DNA from: Octopus vulgaris
Lineage: Eukaryota
Assembly (NCBI GenBank): GCA_951406725.2
Contig: OX597822.1
Span: 66,402,001-66,466,000 of the forward strand
Direction of reading: 5' to 3'
Length of the DNA stretch: 64,000 nucleotides
Made by a program: the position numbers and the translations under genes. Under the pieces are notes generated by a model that did no database searches, had not been told where the DNA came from, and worked only from the letters and a program-made list of their open reading frames with translations. The first letter of the stretch is position 1; every line of letters starts with the position of its first letter. Positions 26,960 to 39,650 of the stretch are shown here, one piece after another.

Positions 26960-27531
26960 GTGGGTGGCACTGGAAAGAGTGGTATGAAAAGAACTTTGCT
27001 TCAGTTCAAATATGTTTGGGACATACTCGTCCTGCAAAATGAAGTCTTCCTGTCTGTTTAGAATTAGCGCGGTTTGTACTTGACGTTCAACATCGTTTCT
27101 TATCGCCATTCTCCTGAAGCGGATTTTTTCTCTATGACAAGCAACAGTGAAAAAGCCTCTTTACAAATCAAATACATTCCAGGTATATATTACCTGATCT
27201 AAGTTTGTTTTTTACGTACATACATTAATGCATATGCACATACGTACATACACACGCACACACATATATATATCTATATAAATATGCATATATATATGTG
27301 TGTGTATGTGTATATATATATATGGAGCAAAAACGGAATAGAGGGCATTAAAACATTCGGGCAGATAGACAACACAAAGGTGGACAACAGAAACAACAAT
27401 TAGAAGGACATGCCAAAAACAAAAGACTGGTTATTCTTGGTTTTCTTTCGTCAGTCAAGTACCAGAGGTCACGACCATTTCGGACAGTTACACTTGAGAT
27501 GGTTTGATATATACATACAAACGCACGCACG

Positions 27532-27755
<224 letters not shown>

Positions 27756-27951
27756 AAAAACTAAGATGGATTATGCAGTATCATCTCCCTTTACGAGGAC
27801 CCGGTTTACGAGACCCCGGGTTTAAGAGTTTTATTTTTCAACGACAGTATCCGAATTTTGAAAGAAGTGCAGATTTTTTTATTACCATAATAAATGCTTA
27901 TGCGTATTACCGAGGCCGAAAAAAATCTTCTAAGCAAACAACTCCAGACTT

Positions 27952-28650
27952 AAAAGTAACGTCTGTCGTCACATTAAAGTGGCTGCTCCATGTTACTACT
28001 AGTTTAACCCCACGCAGATTCTCCGCCAACTGGTTAGCTGCAGCCTTTATATACAATATACATTGTTAGCAAGGGAAGCAAACCCCTACCACCATCTAGC
28101 AGGCTACAGGATCGCGAAACTAACTCAGTTTCGAACTATTTCGCACAACTTCGGTTGCGAGCACCTGTCCGCCAGAACGACAGCCAGAGGCCGCTTCGGC
28201 CATCAATATATTGTAAACAAAGTGACCATCGGTCACAGATTTGCAAAATATCTAGATATCAGAGTAGTGACTATACTAAAAAGTAACGTCAGTAGCCGCA
28301 TTAAAGTGGTTGTTCTATGTTACTACTAGTTTAACCCAAGGCAGGTTGTCCACCAGTTGGTTATCGGTGCTACGCTTCACCCTTTATATACAATATATAG
28401 TTAGCAAGGGGAGCGAACCCCTACCGCTCTCTAACAGGTAACAGTATCGCGAGACTGACTCAGGCATATCCTCAGCCACGAGCGATAGCCAGAGTCCGCT
28501 TCACCCAACAATATATTTTATTGTTACAAATCAATGACCGATGGTCGCTTTGTTTACAATATATCGTTGGCTGAAGCCGACTCTGGCTATGGCTCTATGT
28601 TTAGCCACTTGTGGGCAATAAAGAAATAAGTATAGTTACTACTCTGATCT
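27952..28650. repeat. 327-bp tandem repeat (about 1.7 units) plus two inverted fragments
   Basis: aaaagtaacgtc starts at 27952 and 28279; 28520-28594 and 28629-28650 are reverse complements of the unit end. Confidence 0.85.
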
Positions 28651-28827
28651 CATCTTTAGATTTTACAACTAACCTGAGACTTGCTTTTTGTTTAAAAGGA
28701 ATCTACAAGTCTGTGTACGAATGCTTGTGAATAGGCGATCGCGTCTACAAGCTAAGGAGCGCGCGAGTCTAGTACGAGTGAATGTCATTCAGAAAATAAT
28801 AATAATAATAATAACAATAATAATAAT

Positions 28828-29266
28828 CTGTCAAGACCTACCAAAAACTGAGCAAATATAAAGATCTTGAAATAGAAATCAGCAAAATGTGGAAGCTGAA
28901 GACTAAAACAATACCTGTGTCATAGGTGCCCTGGGAATGATAGCAAAAGGGGCTGATAGCTACCTAACTCAGATACCAGGAAACCCAAAAATGGCAGAAA
29001 TTCCAAAGATAGTGCTCATGGGAACTGCTCATATCCTACGCAAAATACTTTCTATGTAATCTCAAGGTTTAAAACAAACATAATTTTCGGTTTAAAAAAA
29101 AAAAAAAACTTTTTTTTAGACATTCATTAGTACAACACCCCCACCCCCCAAATATATGGCACACTAGGCATAACAACAACATGAACTTCCAACCCTGTTG
29201 TCTCTTGAGGTCTTTGGGTGAGACTTGGAGCCAACTTGTACAAATATAAAGCAAAAGTCAAACATA

Positions 29267-29267
<1 letters not shown>
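28828..29267 (+). mobile_element. R4/Dong-clade non-LTR retrotransposon 3' fragment in (AAT)n
   Basis: Translates (one frameshift) YQKLSKYKDLEIEISKMWKLKTKTIP..IGALGMI...KIVLMGTAHILRKILSM* (stop 29057-29059), a restriction-like endonuclease C-terminus; (AAT)n on both sides. Confidence 0.85.
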
Positions 29268-29318
<51 letters not shown>

Positions 29319-29321
<3 letters not shown>

Positions 29322-29788
29322 GATAGATGCAAATAGGCCAGACATCATATTGAAAGACTTCAGACAAAGAACAAATATAAAGATCTTGAAATAGAAATCA
29401 GCAAAATGTGGAAGCTGAAGACTAAAACAATACCTGTTGTCATAGGTGCCCTGGGAATGATAGCGAAAGGGACTGATTGCTACCTAACTCAGATACCAGG
29501 AAACCCCAAAATGGCAGAAATTCAAAAGATAGTGCTCATGGGAACTGCTTATATCCTACGCAAAATACTCTCTATATAATCCCAAGGTTTAAAACAAACT
29601 TTTTTTTAATTTTTATTTTATTTTTTTTTTGTTTATTTTTTTATTTTTATGTATTAGACATTCACTAGTACAACACCAAAAAAAAAAAACCCAAATATAT
29701 GGCACAGAACTTCTAACCTGTTGTCTCTTGAGGTCTCTGGGTGAGACTTGGAGCCAACTTGTACAGACAAAGCAAAAGTCAAACATAG
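29319..29788 (+). mobile_element. Second R4/Dong 3' fragment in the same (AAT)n tract
   Basis: KIDANRPDIILKDFRQ (PD motif), then a deletion to KYKDLEIEI...PVVIGALG; same 3' UTR ending gcaaaagtcaaacatag. Confidence 0.85.
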
Positions 29789-30474
29789 AATAATAATAAT
29801 AATATTCTTTATTACAAATGATAGTGATATTCATTTTACTTTACGTAAAATATTCTTTACATTTTACTGTTGTTTTATTACCATTTATTTATGAATATTA
29901 TAAATTTTACAGTTGAAATATTTTTTTCTGGAAACGTATTAACATTTATAACATTGTTACTATGGGAAATTATTGCTCTGCTTTACGAGCCTTTTCCGGA
30001 ACAAACGAACTATTATATCGTGGCATTACTGTAATTTGAGATAATTTTGCTACTATTTCTAGCCGGTTGACCGGTAGCATATAGGCTCCTTTGTTGCTGT
30101 TACTCATTTGGCAATTGCTCAAATCTCACCCCGCTCTACACTTTGTACTTTCTGCATAGCTCCTCTCCCCTTTAACCTCTTACCATCACAGATGTCACAC
30201 GCTAGTATCACGCACTAATCCCTTCTACCTCTGCAAACATTTTCTACGGTGACAGCACAAGCCACGTCAACCATCACCACCACCACCACCACCACTATCA
30301 TCAATATCGACACCGTCAACCCCTTTTACGGCATTTAGCACCTAAGTGGACCCTTTACAACTGCAGTAGACGTTATTCTGCCAACGAGACCAAAAGCAGG
30401 AATTTTCCAGGTGCAGATCCATGGCCTCTCGAGAGTAACGAATGCCAGAGAACATGTATCACTGCATTCCAGAG

Positions 30475-30507
30475 CAACGACGAAAACAACGACGCTGACG
30501 GCAACGG

Positions 30508-30584
<77 letters not shown>

Positions 30585-30620
30585 GCGGCGGCGGCGACAA
30601 CGACGACAACAACAAGACTA
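30475..30620. repeat. (GAC)n/(GGC)n trinucleotide tract
   Basis: Direct observation. Confidence 0.9.
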
Positions 30621-30711
30621 CTGAAATGACAAAAGCATCACCACAATAGCCACCCTATACTTCCTGCTGCTGCTGTTGCTACTGTTGCTGCTGTGCTGCT
30701 GTTGCTGTTGC

Positions 30712-31310
30712 TTCTTCTTCTTCTTCTTCTTCTTCTTCTTCTTCTTCTTCTTCTTCTTCTTCTTCTTCTTCTTCTTCTTCTTCTTCTTCTTCTTTTTCTT
30801 CTTCTTCTTCTTCTTCTTCTTCTTCTTTCAATCAGGATCCACGCCATTAGCCACAAGCAATAATCTCTAATTCGAGCCCACTCTAAGCTACCAAGAATGC
30901 GTGTGGCAACTTGCAGATCCACCCACCACACGCGATAGACTGGCGGTTGTTGCACGGGCGCGAAAGCTACGTTGTTATCCTCATTCCGTAAACAGTGGCT
31001 TTTAACGTGTGGAGAGCTGAACCATCCTGGGGTTCAGAGGATTCGCAATCTAGACTAGGGTCTGAAAGTTTTACCTCACCATAGTGAGTTACACCATGGT
31101 TCCTCTGCTTTGTGGCAGAAGCAGGAAGAAGGTGTAAGAGAAAGTTGTGGTTAAAGAGCACAGCGGGGTTAAACCCCACCCACACCGGAGTCTCGTGGAG
31201 CTTAGGTATTTTTGCTCAATAAACACTCACAATGCCCGGTCTAGGAAACGAAACCGCGTTCTTACTACCGCGCGTCCGCTATTCTATCCACTGGGCCACT
31301 GCGCCTCCAC
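30712..31310 (-). mobile_element. SINE family C with a long body and (GAA)n tail, copy 1
   Basis: Head gtggaggcgcagtggcccagtgg...ggtttcgtttcct; about 300-nt body; (GAA)n tail at 30712-30826. Confidence 0.8.
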
Positions 31311-31321
31311 TGGTGCTGTTG

Positions 31322-31825
31322 TCTTCTTCTTCGTCTTCTTCCAATCAGGACCCACGCCATTAGCTACAAAGAATAATCTCTAATTCGAGCCGACTCTAAG
31401 CTACCAAGAATGCGTGTGGAAACTTGAAGATCAACCCGCCACACGCGATTGACTGGCGGTTGCACGGGCGCGAAAGCTACGTTGTTATCCTCATTCCGTA
31501 AACGGTGGCTTTTAACGGGTGGAGAGCTGAACCATCCTGGGGTATAGAGGATTCGCAATCTAGACTAGGGTCTGAAAGTTTACCACACCACAGTGGGTTA
31601 CACCATGGTTCCTCTGCTTTGTGGCAGAAGCAGGAAGAAAGAGTGAGAGAAAGTTGTGGTGAAAGAATACAGCGGTGCCCCCCCCCCCACACACACACAC
31701 ACCGCCGGAGCCTCGTGGACCTTAGGTGTTTTTGCTCAATAAACACAATGCCTTGTGTGGGAATCGAAACCGCGTTCTTACGACCGCGAGTCCACTGCCC
31801 TAACCACTGGGCCATTGCGCATCCA
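31322..31825 (-). mobile_element. SINE family C, tandem copy 2
   Basis: Homologous to 30830-31310, short GAA tail. Confidence 0.8.
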
Positions 31826-32377
31826 GAGTTGCTGTTATTGCCACTGTTACTGCTGTTGTTGTTTCTACTACTACTACTACTACTACTACTACGCTCCAAC
31901 TCCACTAGCAGAAGCACGATCATCACGACCATGATAACTATGACAGTGGCAAACACTACTATCACCAACATTACTACCCCTACTACTACCATCAACTCTA
32001 CTACAACCACTACAAGCACTACGACTATGACGACAGCCTCTATCAGCACTACCACCACTACGACAGAACACTACTACTACTGCTACTGCTGCTACAACTA
32101 ATCACTAAGTGATTGCTCGTCCCACATTCCCCAGAACTGAGATAATCTTGTCTTAAAATATTTTTTAAAAATTACATTTTGCATAATGAAGAACGGGATA
32201 ACCTACACTTAGGAAAAGAAACAGACGAAGTATCTAAGGTCGGATGCATTTGATTGTAAATTTCGTCGATTAGGGATGACGTGCAGCGAAACAATGACAC
32301 CAGCCGCAAAGACAACTGCAATCGTAATAGCACGGTGATTATTACCGCAACGATAATACATCCACAGCACGAACACC

Positions 32378-32587
32378 TCTTTTACTCTTTTACTTGTCTC
32401 AGTCATTTGACTGTGGCCATGCTGGATCCCCGCCTTTTAGTCGAGCAAATCGACCCCAGGACTTATTCTTTGTAAGCCTAGTACTTATTCTATCGGTTTC
32501 TTTCGCCGAACCGCTAGGTTACGGGAACGTAAACACACCAGCATCGGTTGTCAAGCGATGTTGGGGGGGGGGACAAAGACAGACACA

Positions 32588-32641
<54 letters not shown>

Positions 32642-32815
32642 TATATATATATATATACAGACGAAGAGCTTCTTTCCGTTTCCGTTTACCAAATCCACTC
32701 ACAAGGCTTTGGTCGGCCCGAGGCTATAGTAGAAGACACTTACCCAAGGTGCCACGCAATGGAACTGAATCCGGAACCATATGGTTGGTAAGCAAGCTAC
32801 TTACCACACATCCAC
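32378..32815 (-). mobile_element. SINE A, near full length
   Basis: Reverse complement of the consensus with internal (CA)n(TA)n. Confidence 0.9.
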
Positions 32816-32984
32816 TGCTAACATCATATTCACCGGAACGACGACGACCATCTCAAATGCAAACAAGCTCCAGTATTAGCAAAACTACAACTACACACAT
32901 CGCTGTTACTACCTCTAATACTACAGCCTAATCCTTAAAACATATCTATCCTTATCACCAGCTCAATTAGTCTAGCGTTTAGGG

Positions 32985-33265
32985 TGTGGCCTAGCGTTTA
33001 GGGTGTTGCACTTACGGTCGTGAGATCGTGGTTTCAATCCCTAAACCGAATAGTCCGTTGTATTCTTGAGAAAAACTATTCATCTCATATTGCTTTGCGA
33101 TCACTTCGACACCTGACGCGTGGTACACCGTGCACCTGTTCAGGTAACGTCGTAGTACGGCATATACATTTAATCATTATAAGCAAATCATTTGTGCAGG
33201 TCGTTCGGCAGAAGTTGAACACTCACACGCCCTCAACGAAGGAACAACCCATCATTCACCGAAAC
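32985..33265 (+). mobile_element. tRNA-derived SINE (other tail type)
   Basis: gtggcctagcgtttagg (A box)...ggtttcaatcc (B box)...ttcttgagaaaaact. Confidence 0.6.
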
Positions 33266-33269
33266 TACT

Positions 33270-33391
33270 AACACTACCACCATCACCACAATCAACTATA
33301 CCACTGATACTACCGTCGCCACCTATACCAATACCATATACCTCACACCACCACCACCTCGACGATCACCATCATCTCCACCAACACCACA

Positions 33392-33434
<43 letters not shown>

Positions 33435-33455
33435 TTGCTGCTGCTACTACTACCT

Positions 33456-33486
<31 letters not shown>

Positions 33487-33573
33487 AACTAATACTACTA
33501 CTACCAACACCACCAGTACTACTAGCGCTGCATCTACGACTATCAATGCCAACACTATCACCCTCATCATCAC

Positions 33574-33609
<36 letters not shown>

Positions 33610-34065
33610 CACCACTACTACTAGCACTGCATCTACGACTATCAATTCCAACACTATCAACCTCACCATCACTAGTAGTAGTAGTAGTAGTAGTGGTAGT
33701 AGTAGTAGTAGTAGTACCGTTTTACCTTTGGCCTTCATTTCCTTCTCTAATGCGAAGAACTTGAATGAAATCCAGTGCGAGAGAAGTTATGCAGAACAGC
33801 GTCTAGAATGTCTGTCTGCTGCCAGCGATTGTATTCAGTAATTTACGCAACACCCACCCACCCACCCACTTCAATAGAACTATGCTAGTGGTGGCGGCGG
33901 TGGTAGTGGTGGTGGGTTTGTGGATGGATTTGGTCGTGGCGGTGGTGCTGGTAGTGGTGGTGATTGTGATGGTGTTGTTGATGGTGGTGTTGGTGCTGCT
34001 GCTGTAGGTGATGGTGGTGGTGGTGGTGGTGGTGATGAATTTGGTGGTAATGATGGCGGTGAGTG
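33270..34065. repeat. (CTA/CAC)n then (TAG/GGT)n low-complexity block with an internal ~99-bp direct repeat
   Basis: ctgcatctacgactatcaa at about 33528 and 33627. Confidence 0.8.
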
Positions 34066-34392
34066 GCAGTAGAAGGAAGGCGGCGGCGGGGGCTTGGATT
34101 ACTAAGACGGTGTGAAAGGAAGGGTTAGGGTGAAGAGGGTGATATCATCAAGTCAAGCACTTTCACCCAATTAACATTGTCTGCATCAATTCAACATCAT
34201 TCCTATTGAGATATAAAGTGGAAAGGAACACTAGATGCACTCAGCCGAACCCCGCTGCTCCCACCACCCATCGACACATACGTACAAATACAGGTAAACA
34301 TACACACACATAAACATACACACATACAGTCAAATACGTATGTAAAGCACTTAACTGAACTCTAATATACGCGCACACACACACATATATAT

Positions 34393-35030
34393 ATAGGCGC
34401 AGGAGTGGTAAGTAGCTTGCTTACCAACTTCATGGTTCCGGGTTCAATCCAACTGCGTGGCACCTTTATATGTGTGTATATATATATGTTTGTTTTTTGT
34501 TTTTCCAGTTTCAGCTTTTGAGCTGTGGCCATGCTGGGGCACCGCCATTGTGGTGAAAGAGTACAGCAGGGATCACCACCCCCTGCCGGAGCCTCGTAGA
34601 GCTTTTAGGTGTTTTTTCGCTCAATAAACACACACAACGCCCGGTCTGAGAATCGAAACCGCGATCCTGCGACCGCGAGTCCGCTGCCCTAACCACTAGG
34701 CCATTGCGCCTCCACTATATATATATATGTAAAGAATGAGGAGAAAATGGAGAGGTAAATAAAGATCACTTAATGAGGTTTATTACCATTACTTGATTAT
34801 GTGTGAGTGTGTGTGTGTTTGCATGTGTGTTTATGCACCCAACATCGCTTGACAACCGATGCTGCTGTGTTTACGTCCCCCGTAACCTAGCGGTTCAGTA
34901 AAAGGGACCGATAGAATAATTACTAGGCTTACAAAGAATAAGTCCTGGAGGTCGATTTGTTCGACTAAAGGTGGTGCTCCAGCATAGCCGCAATCAAATG
35001 ACTGAAAGAAATAAAAGAAGTAAAGAATAA
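34393..35030 (+). mobile_element. SINE A head (34393-34466) and 3' half (34830-35030), separated by other sequence
   Basis: Consensus matches. Confidence 0.75.
34500..34715 (-). mobile_element. SINE C head with an A-type tail
   Basis: gtggaggcgcaatggcctagtggttagggcagcggactc...caatggcggtgccccagcatggccacagc. Confidence 0.85.
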
Positions 35031-35101
35031 CATAAGATGTAGAAACTCACATATTCAGCAACAACAACAACTATAATAATAATCCTTTTCACTCTAGGCA
35101 T

Positions 35102-35622
35102 ATGCCGTTACGTTCTGAGTTCAAATTCCGCTGATGTCGACTTTGCCTTTCATCCTTTCGGGGTCGATTAAATAAGTACCATTTATGCACTGGGGTCGAT
35201 ATAATCGACTTAATCCCTTTGTCTGTCTTTGTTTGTCACCTCTGTGTGTAGCTCCTTCTGCGCAGTAAAGAAATAAGAAACGTTAGCACGCCGGGCGAAT
35301 GCTTAGCGGTATTTCGTCTGTCGTTACGTTGTGAGTTCAAATTCCGCCGAGGTTGACTTTGCCTTTCATCCTTTTGGGGTCGATAAATTAAGTACCAGTT
35401 CCGCACTGGGGTCGATGTAATCGACTTAATACCTATGTCTGTCCTTGTTTGTCCCCTCTATGTTTAGCCCCTTGTGGGTAATTAAGAAATAGGTATTTCA
35501 TCTGCCGCTACGTTGTGAGTTCAAATTTCGCCGAGGTCGACTTTGCCTTTCATCCTTTGGGGGTCGATAAATTAAGTACCAGTTACGCACTGCTTAGCAC
35601 CATGTGGGCAATGAAGAAATAA
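35102..35622 (+). mobile_element. SINE B (Meta-domain) tandem array, 3 units
   Basis: gactttgcctttcatcctttyggggtcgat...aagtacc three times; tails ending aagaaata. Confidence 0.9.
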
Positions 35623-36312
35623 ATCATCCGCTTAAAATTTAGAGCAATTCATAGAGAACTTTATAGAAATACGAGAACCAAAAAGAGGAGAATTGACTGG
35701 AGTGGGGTACTTTTGTATATGATATGCCAAGGAATGACACAAATGATGATAAAAATAAAATGTCTAACATGGCAGCAATGCGTTAATTCATATCCTGAAA
35801 AATTCGTCGTAATGTGATATTTCATTTTCAAGTCATACGCAATGGCATATGTTTTTGTTTACGTGGCTTGACATGAAATTTAACCACATACATACATGTA
35901 CATATAAAATTACTGCATGTGTGTATGTGTGTGTGTATGTTTGGGTGTATGTGTTTGTAAGTGTGTGTCTGTGTGTATGTTTTGTGTGTGTTGTACGTGT
36001 GTGTTTATTTCCCTTCGTCTATCTTTTTATTAAGGTGCATATCATATTTAAGCAAATATGCGAATTAAAAAGACTCCCAAATAAATTTTCTATTAAATCG
36101 TTTATAGTTGTGGAATGCAAGTATGATTTAGTTGATGAGAAGGAAAAAAGAGCAACTTAAATTTTTTCTGGTTACCCATCTTTTCGACGGAATGTCAATG
36201 CAACTTCATACACAAATTCTTTAATAGATTCCCTTTCAGGAATTTCATTAGAGATATATAACTTAAGTGCTTTATATCCCACACATGAAGATGCGTCAAT
36301 ATATGTGATCTC

Positions 36313-36990
36313 GAAGGCAACGAGCTGGCAGAAACGTTAGCACACCGGCGAAATGTTTAGCTGTATTTCGTCTGCCGTTAGGTTCTGAGTTCAAATTCCG
36401 CCGAGGTCGACTTTGCCTTTCATCTTTTGGAGGTCGATAAATTAAGTACCAGTTACGCACTGTGGTCGATATAATCGACTTAATCCGTTTATCTGTCCTT
36501 GTTTGTCCTCTCTGTGTGTAGCCCCTTGTGGGTAATAAAGAAATAGGTATTTCGTCTGTCTTTACGTTCTGAATTCAAATTCCGCTGAAATAGACTTTGC
36601 CTTTCATCCTTTCGGGGTCGATAAATTAAGTGCCAGTTGCATACTGGGGTCGATCTAATCGAGTGGCCCATCTCCAAACATTTCGGGCCTTGTGCCTCGA
36701 GTAGAAAAGAATGGGCTGGCAGAATCGTTAGCACCCCGGACAGAATGCTTAACGGTATTTATGTTCTTCATGTTCTGAATTCCAATCCCGTCGAGGTTGA
36801 CTTTGCCTTTCATACTTTCGGGGTAAAAAATATAAGTACTAGTCGAACACTGGAGACAATTACATCGACTTTGCTCGAAATTGCTGGCCTTGCGCTAAAA
36901 TTTGAAATCAATATGTATTCGCGTGAAGGCAACGAGTTGGTATAATCGTTAGCACACTGGTCAAAATGCTCAGCGACATTGATTGCAGAG
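36313..36990 (+). mobile_element. SINE B tandem array and cluster
   Basis: Full head gaaggcaacgagctggcagaaacgttagc; 3 Meta-domain copies; two tail types. Confidence 0.9.
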
Positions 36991-37565
36991 ACTGGCCAGT
37001 AAAATATCTGGGACCTAAAGGCAGTGATGATAGACCAATAAGTGTGGCTGACGGATTTTTGATGTTGCGCCCCGGATTCGAACTCGGCCAGAATAATAAT
37101 AATAATTACATGTACCTTTTAGATTTAACAACGTTATTTGTGCCTTTGAGAGTGAAAAAATGTTAGTTTCCCTTGCTAGAATAAGAAGCTTCTGCTGCAG
37201 TCGAACAACGAGCTGTTAATATAAAGGGTTGACGTGGAAAGGTGAAGTGGAAATGTGAGAAAGATTGGGGATATTGAGAAGAGAATTAAAGGTGGTTGTA
37301 CTATGGACGTTAAAATCACGAATTTGGGTGAAACAATAAATATATTGGAAGATGCAGAGTAACACAAAAAAACAGTTGAAGATATAGGTATGTAGTTTAG
37401 GTCAGCAAATAAGAACACACACAAATACACACACACGCACTCTATGACATGATTAGTTGAGTAGATACATAGATAGATAGACAGATACATTAAACAGATC
37501 GACAGAGAATAAACAGATTGATAGAAAAGACAAGATAAACCGGGTAGATATATAGAAAGACAGAT

Positions 37566-37629
<64 letters not shown>

Positions 37630-38192
37630 TAAAGAAAGCATGGTACTGAAATTCATATAGTTCTATGTTAAAAGAAAGTCACATTGGCTAAAGTAGACCT
37701 TCATCTATAAAACAAGTTGGCCGGCCAGCGTTGGAATGCGTTTGAATATCGAACAAGTCGGTGAGCGATGATTTTTTTTCAATAAGCACAACGTCGACGA
37801 CCCAGTTATAGTAACGTCCTGAGATGATGCTAATATATAATATATTTTTCCATCGGAAATAGATTATGCGATTATATACAGTAGCTTGGCCTCCTGAACA
37901 CTAAAATCCATCTACTTTAAATGAATGCATATTTATCTCTGTGAAATATAAAAACACTTTTGAGTTCTTTCTTCTTCCTTTTACTCCGCCATCTCCTCAC
38001 AATCTTTCACTACCCCTTCCTATTTCTTATACTTTATATCTCATGCTTCTCTCATTTTCTGAAAGCCTCGTTGTTGCTTTTTGTTGTTGTTATTTTCTTT
38101 ACTGCTGCTTCTTTTCTTTCATTGTGATGTTCATGAGGAAACATATAATTTGTTATAAATGTACTTCAAATTATGTATATCTATGAATGGGT

Positions 38193-38452
38193 CTGTGGAG
38201 GTGCGTGGCTTAGTGGTTAGAGTGTCAGCATCATGATCGTAAGATTGTGGTTTCGATTCCTAGAGCGGGCGACGCGTTGTGTTCTTGAGCAAAACACTTC
38301 ATTTCACGTTGCTCCAGTCTACTCAGCTGGCAAAAATGAGTAACGCTGCGACGGTCTGGCGTCGCGTCTAGCTGGGGAACACATTCGCCATTGAAACCGG
38401 GAAACCGGACCCATGAGCCTGGCTAGGCTTTAAAAGGGTGCATTTATTTATT
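38193..38452 (+). mobile_element. SINE family D, full length with 11-bp TSD
   Basis: tatgaatgggt at 38182-38192 and 38453-38463; A box tggcttagtgg, B box ggtttcgattcc, (ATTT)n tail. Confidence 0.9.
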
Positions 38453-39023
38453 TATGAATGGGTTCATCTTTGCACAAACACACACATAGAAACACATAGC
38501 TACACTTAGAGAAATATAAATATGTACACGTACATGCATATAGAAATGCTTATACATATATACACGTATAAGTGTCTATGCACATATAAGAGTGTGTGAG
38601 AGCGTGACGCATGTATTTATGTATCTGTATATGTACAAGTGTATATGATCGAATGCGCTGGTATGGCTATCTACAAATTTTCACACATATATAATGTTCG
38701 GGTGTGAATCTGAGAAGGTGCGATGCATGAGCAAATATCTGCAGACTGGACATTTGTGCAATTGGCATTCTCCCTCTCACCCTCTTGCACTCTCTATATT
38801 CCTTACCCCCTCCCCCTCTCTCTCTTTATGCGCATATCTCTGTGTGTGTTTTCAGTAAGATTAAGCACGTGTGAGTGCGTCATTAATTAATTCTAACAGG
38901 TAATTGCTTGTGAAGTAGACAACATTGAAGCTGCCTGCAACAGGTTTTTGAAGCATGGTATTGCAATATAACATGTTTCAGAAAGAATTTCTTTCTGCAT
39001 GCCACGTTAATCTACATATTTGT

Positions 39024-39066
<43 letters not shown>

Positions 39067-39067
39067 G

Positions 39068-39100
<33 letters not shown>

Positions 39101-39138
39101 TTATCTATCTATCTATCTGTCTGTCAATCTATCTATCT

Positions 39139-39367
39139 TATTTCTTTACTGCCCACAGGGGGCTACACACAGAAGGGACGAACAAGGACAGACAAACGGA
39201 TTAAGGCGATTATATCGACCCCAGTGCGTAACTGGTACTTATTTAATCGACCCCGAAAGGATGAAAGGCAAAGTCGACCTCGGCGGAATTTGAACTCAGA
39301 ACGTAGCGGCAGACGAAATACTGCTCAGCATTTCGCTCGACGTGCTAACGTTTCTGCCAGCTCGCCG
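39139..39367 (-). mobile_element. SINE B full-length monomer next to (TATC)n
   Basis: Reverse complement runs from head to tail ...gtgggcagtaaagaaata. Confidence 0.9.
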
Positions 39368-39400
39368 ACTAACAGATATCTATCTATCTATATATCTATC

Positions 39401-39555
39401 TTTTTTTTTTGCTTTTGCTTTCCTCTTTCTTTCCATTTATGATCCCTTTTGATCGAAAACAACCCCCCCCCCCCACTTTTTTTATCCCCAAAAGAAAGGC
39501 TCTACCTTGTAATTTGTCCCGTCTGTGCGCAGCCCTGTGTGGTTAATAAAGAAAC
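39401..39555 (+). mobile_element. 3' UTR fragment of the same Tx1-like LINE, inserted in (TATC)n
   Basis: gatcccttttgatcgaaaac...gctctaccttgtaatttgtccc...aataaagaaac matches the reverse complement of 23149-23262; TATC repeats on both sides. Confidence 0.88.
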
Positions 39556-39556
39556 A

Positions 39557-39598
<42 letters not shown>

Positions 39599-39617
39599 CC
39601 TATCTATCTGTCAATCA

Positions 39618-39650
<33 letters not shown>

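Noticed and set aside
31505-32101. Thr-rich, mucin-like ORFs (also 30411-30629 and 33343-33764)
   Set aside because: SINE plus trinucleotide repeats; no splice or codon evidence.
35102-35622. Regularly repeated units resembling a CRISPR array
   Set aside because: Units are ~190-215-bp SINE copies without unique spacers; eukaryotic context, no cas genes.
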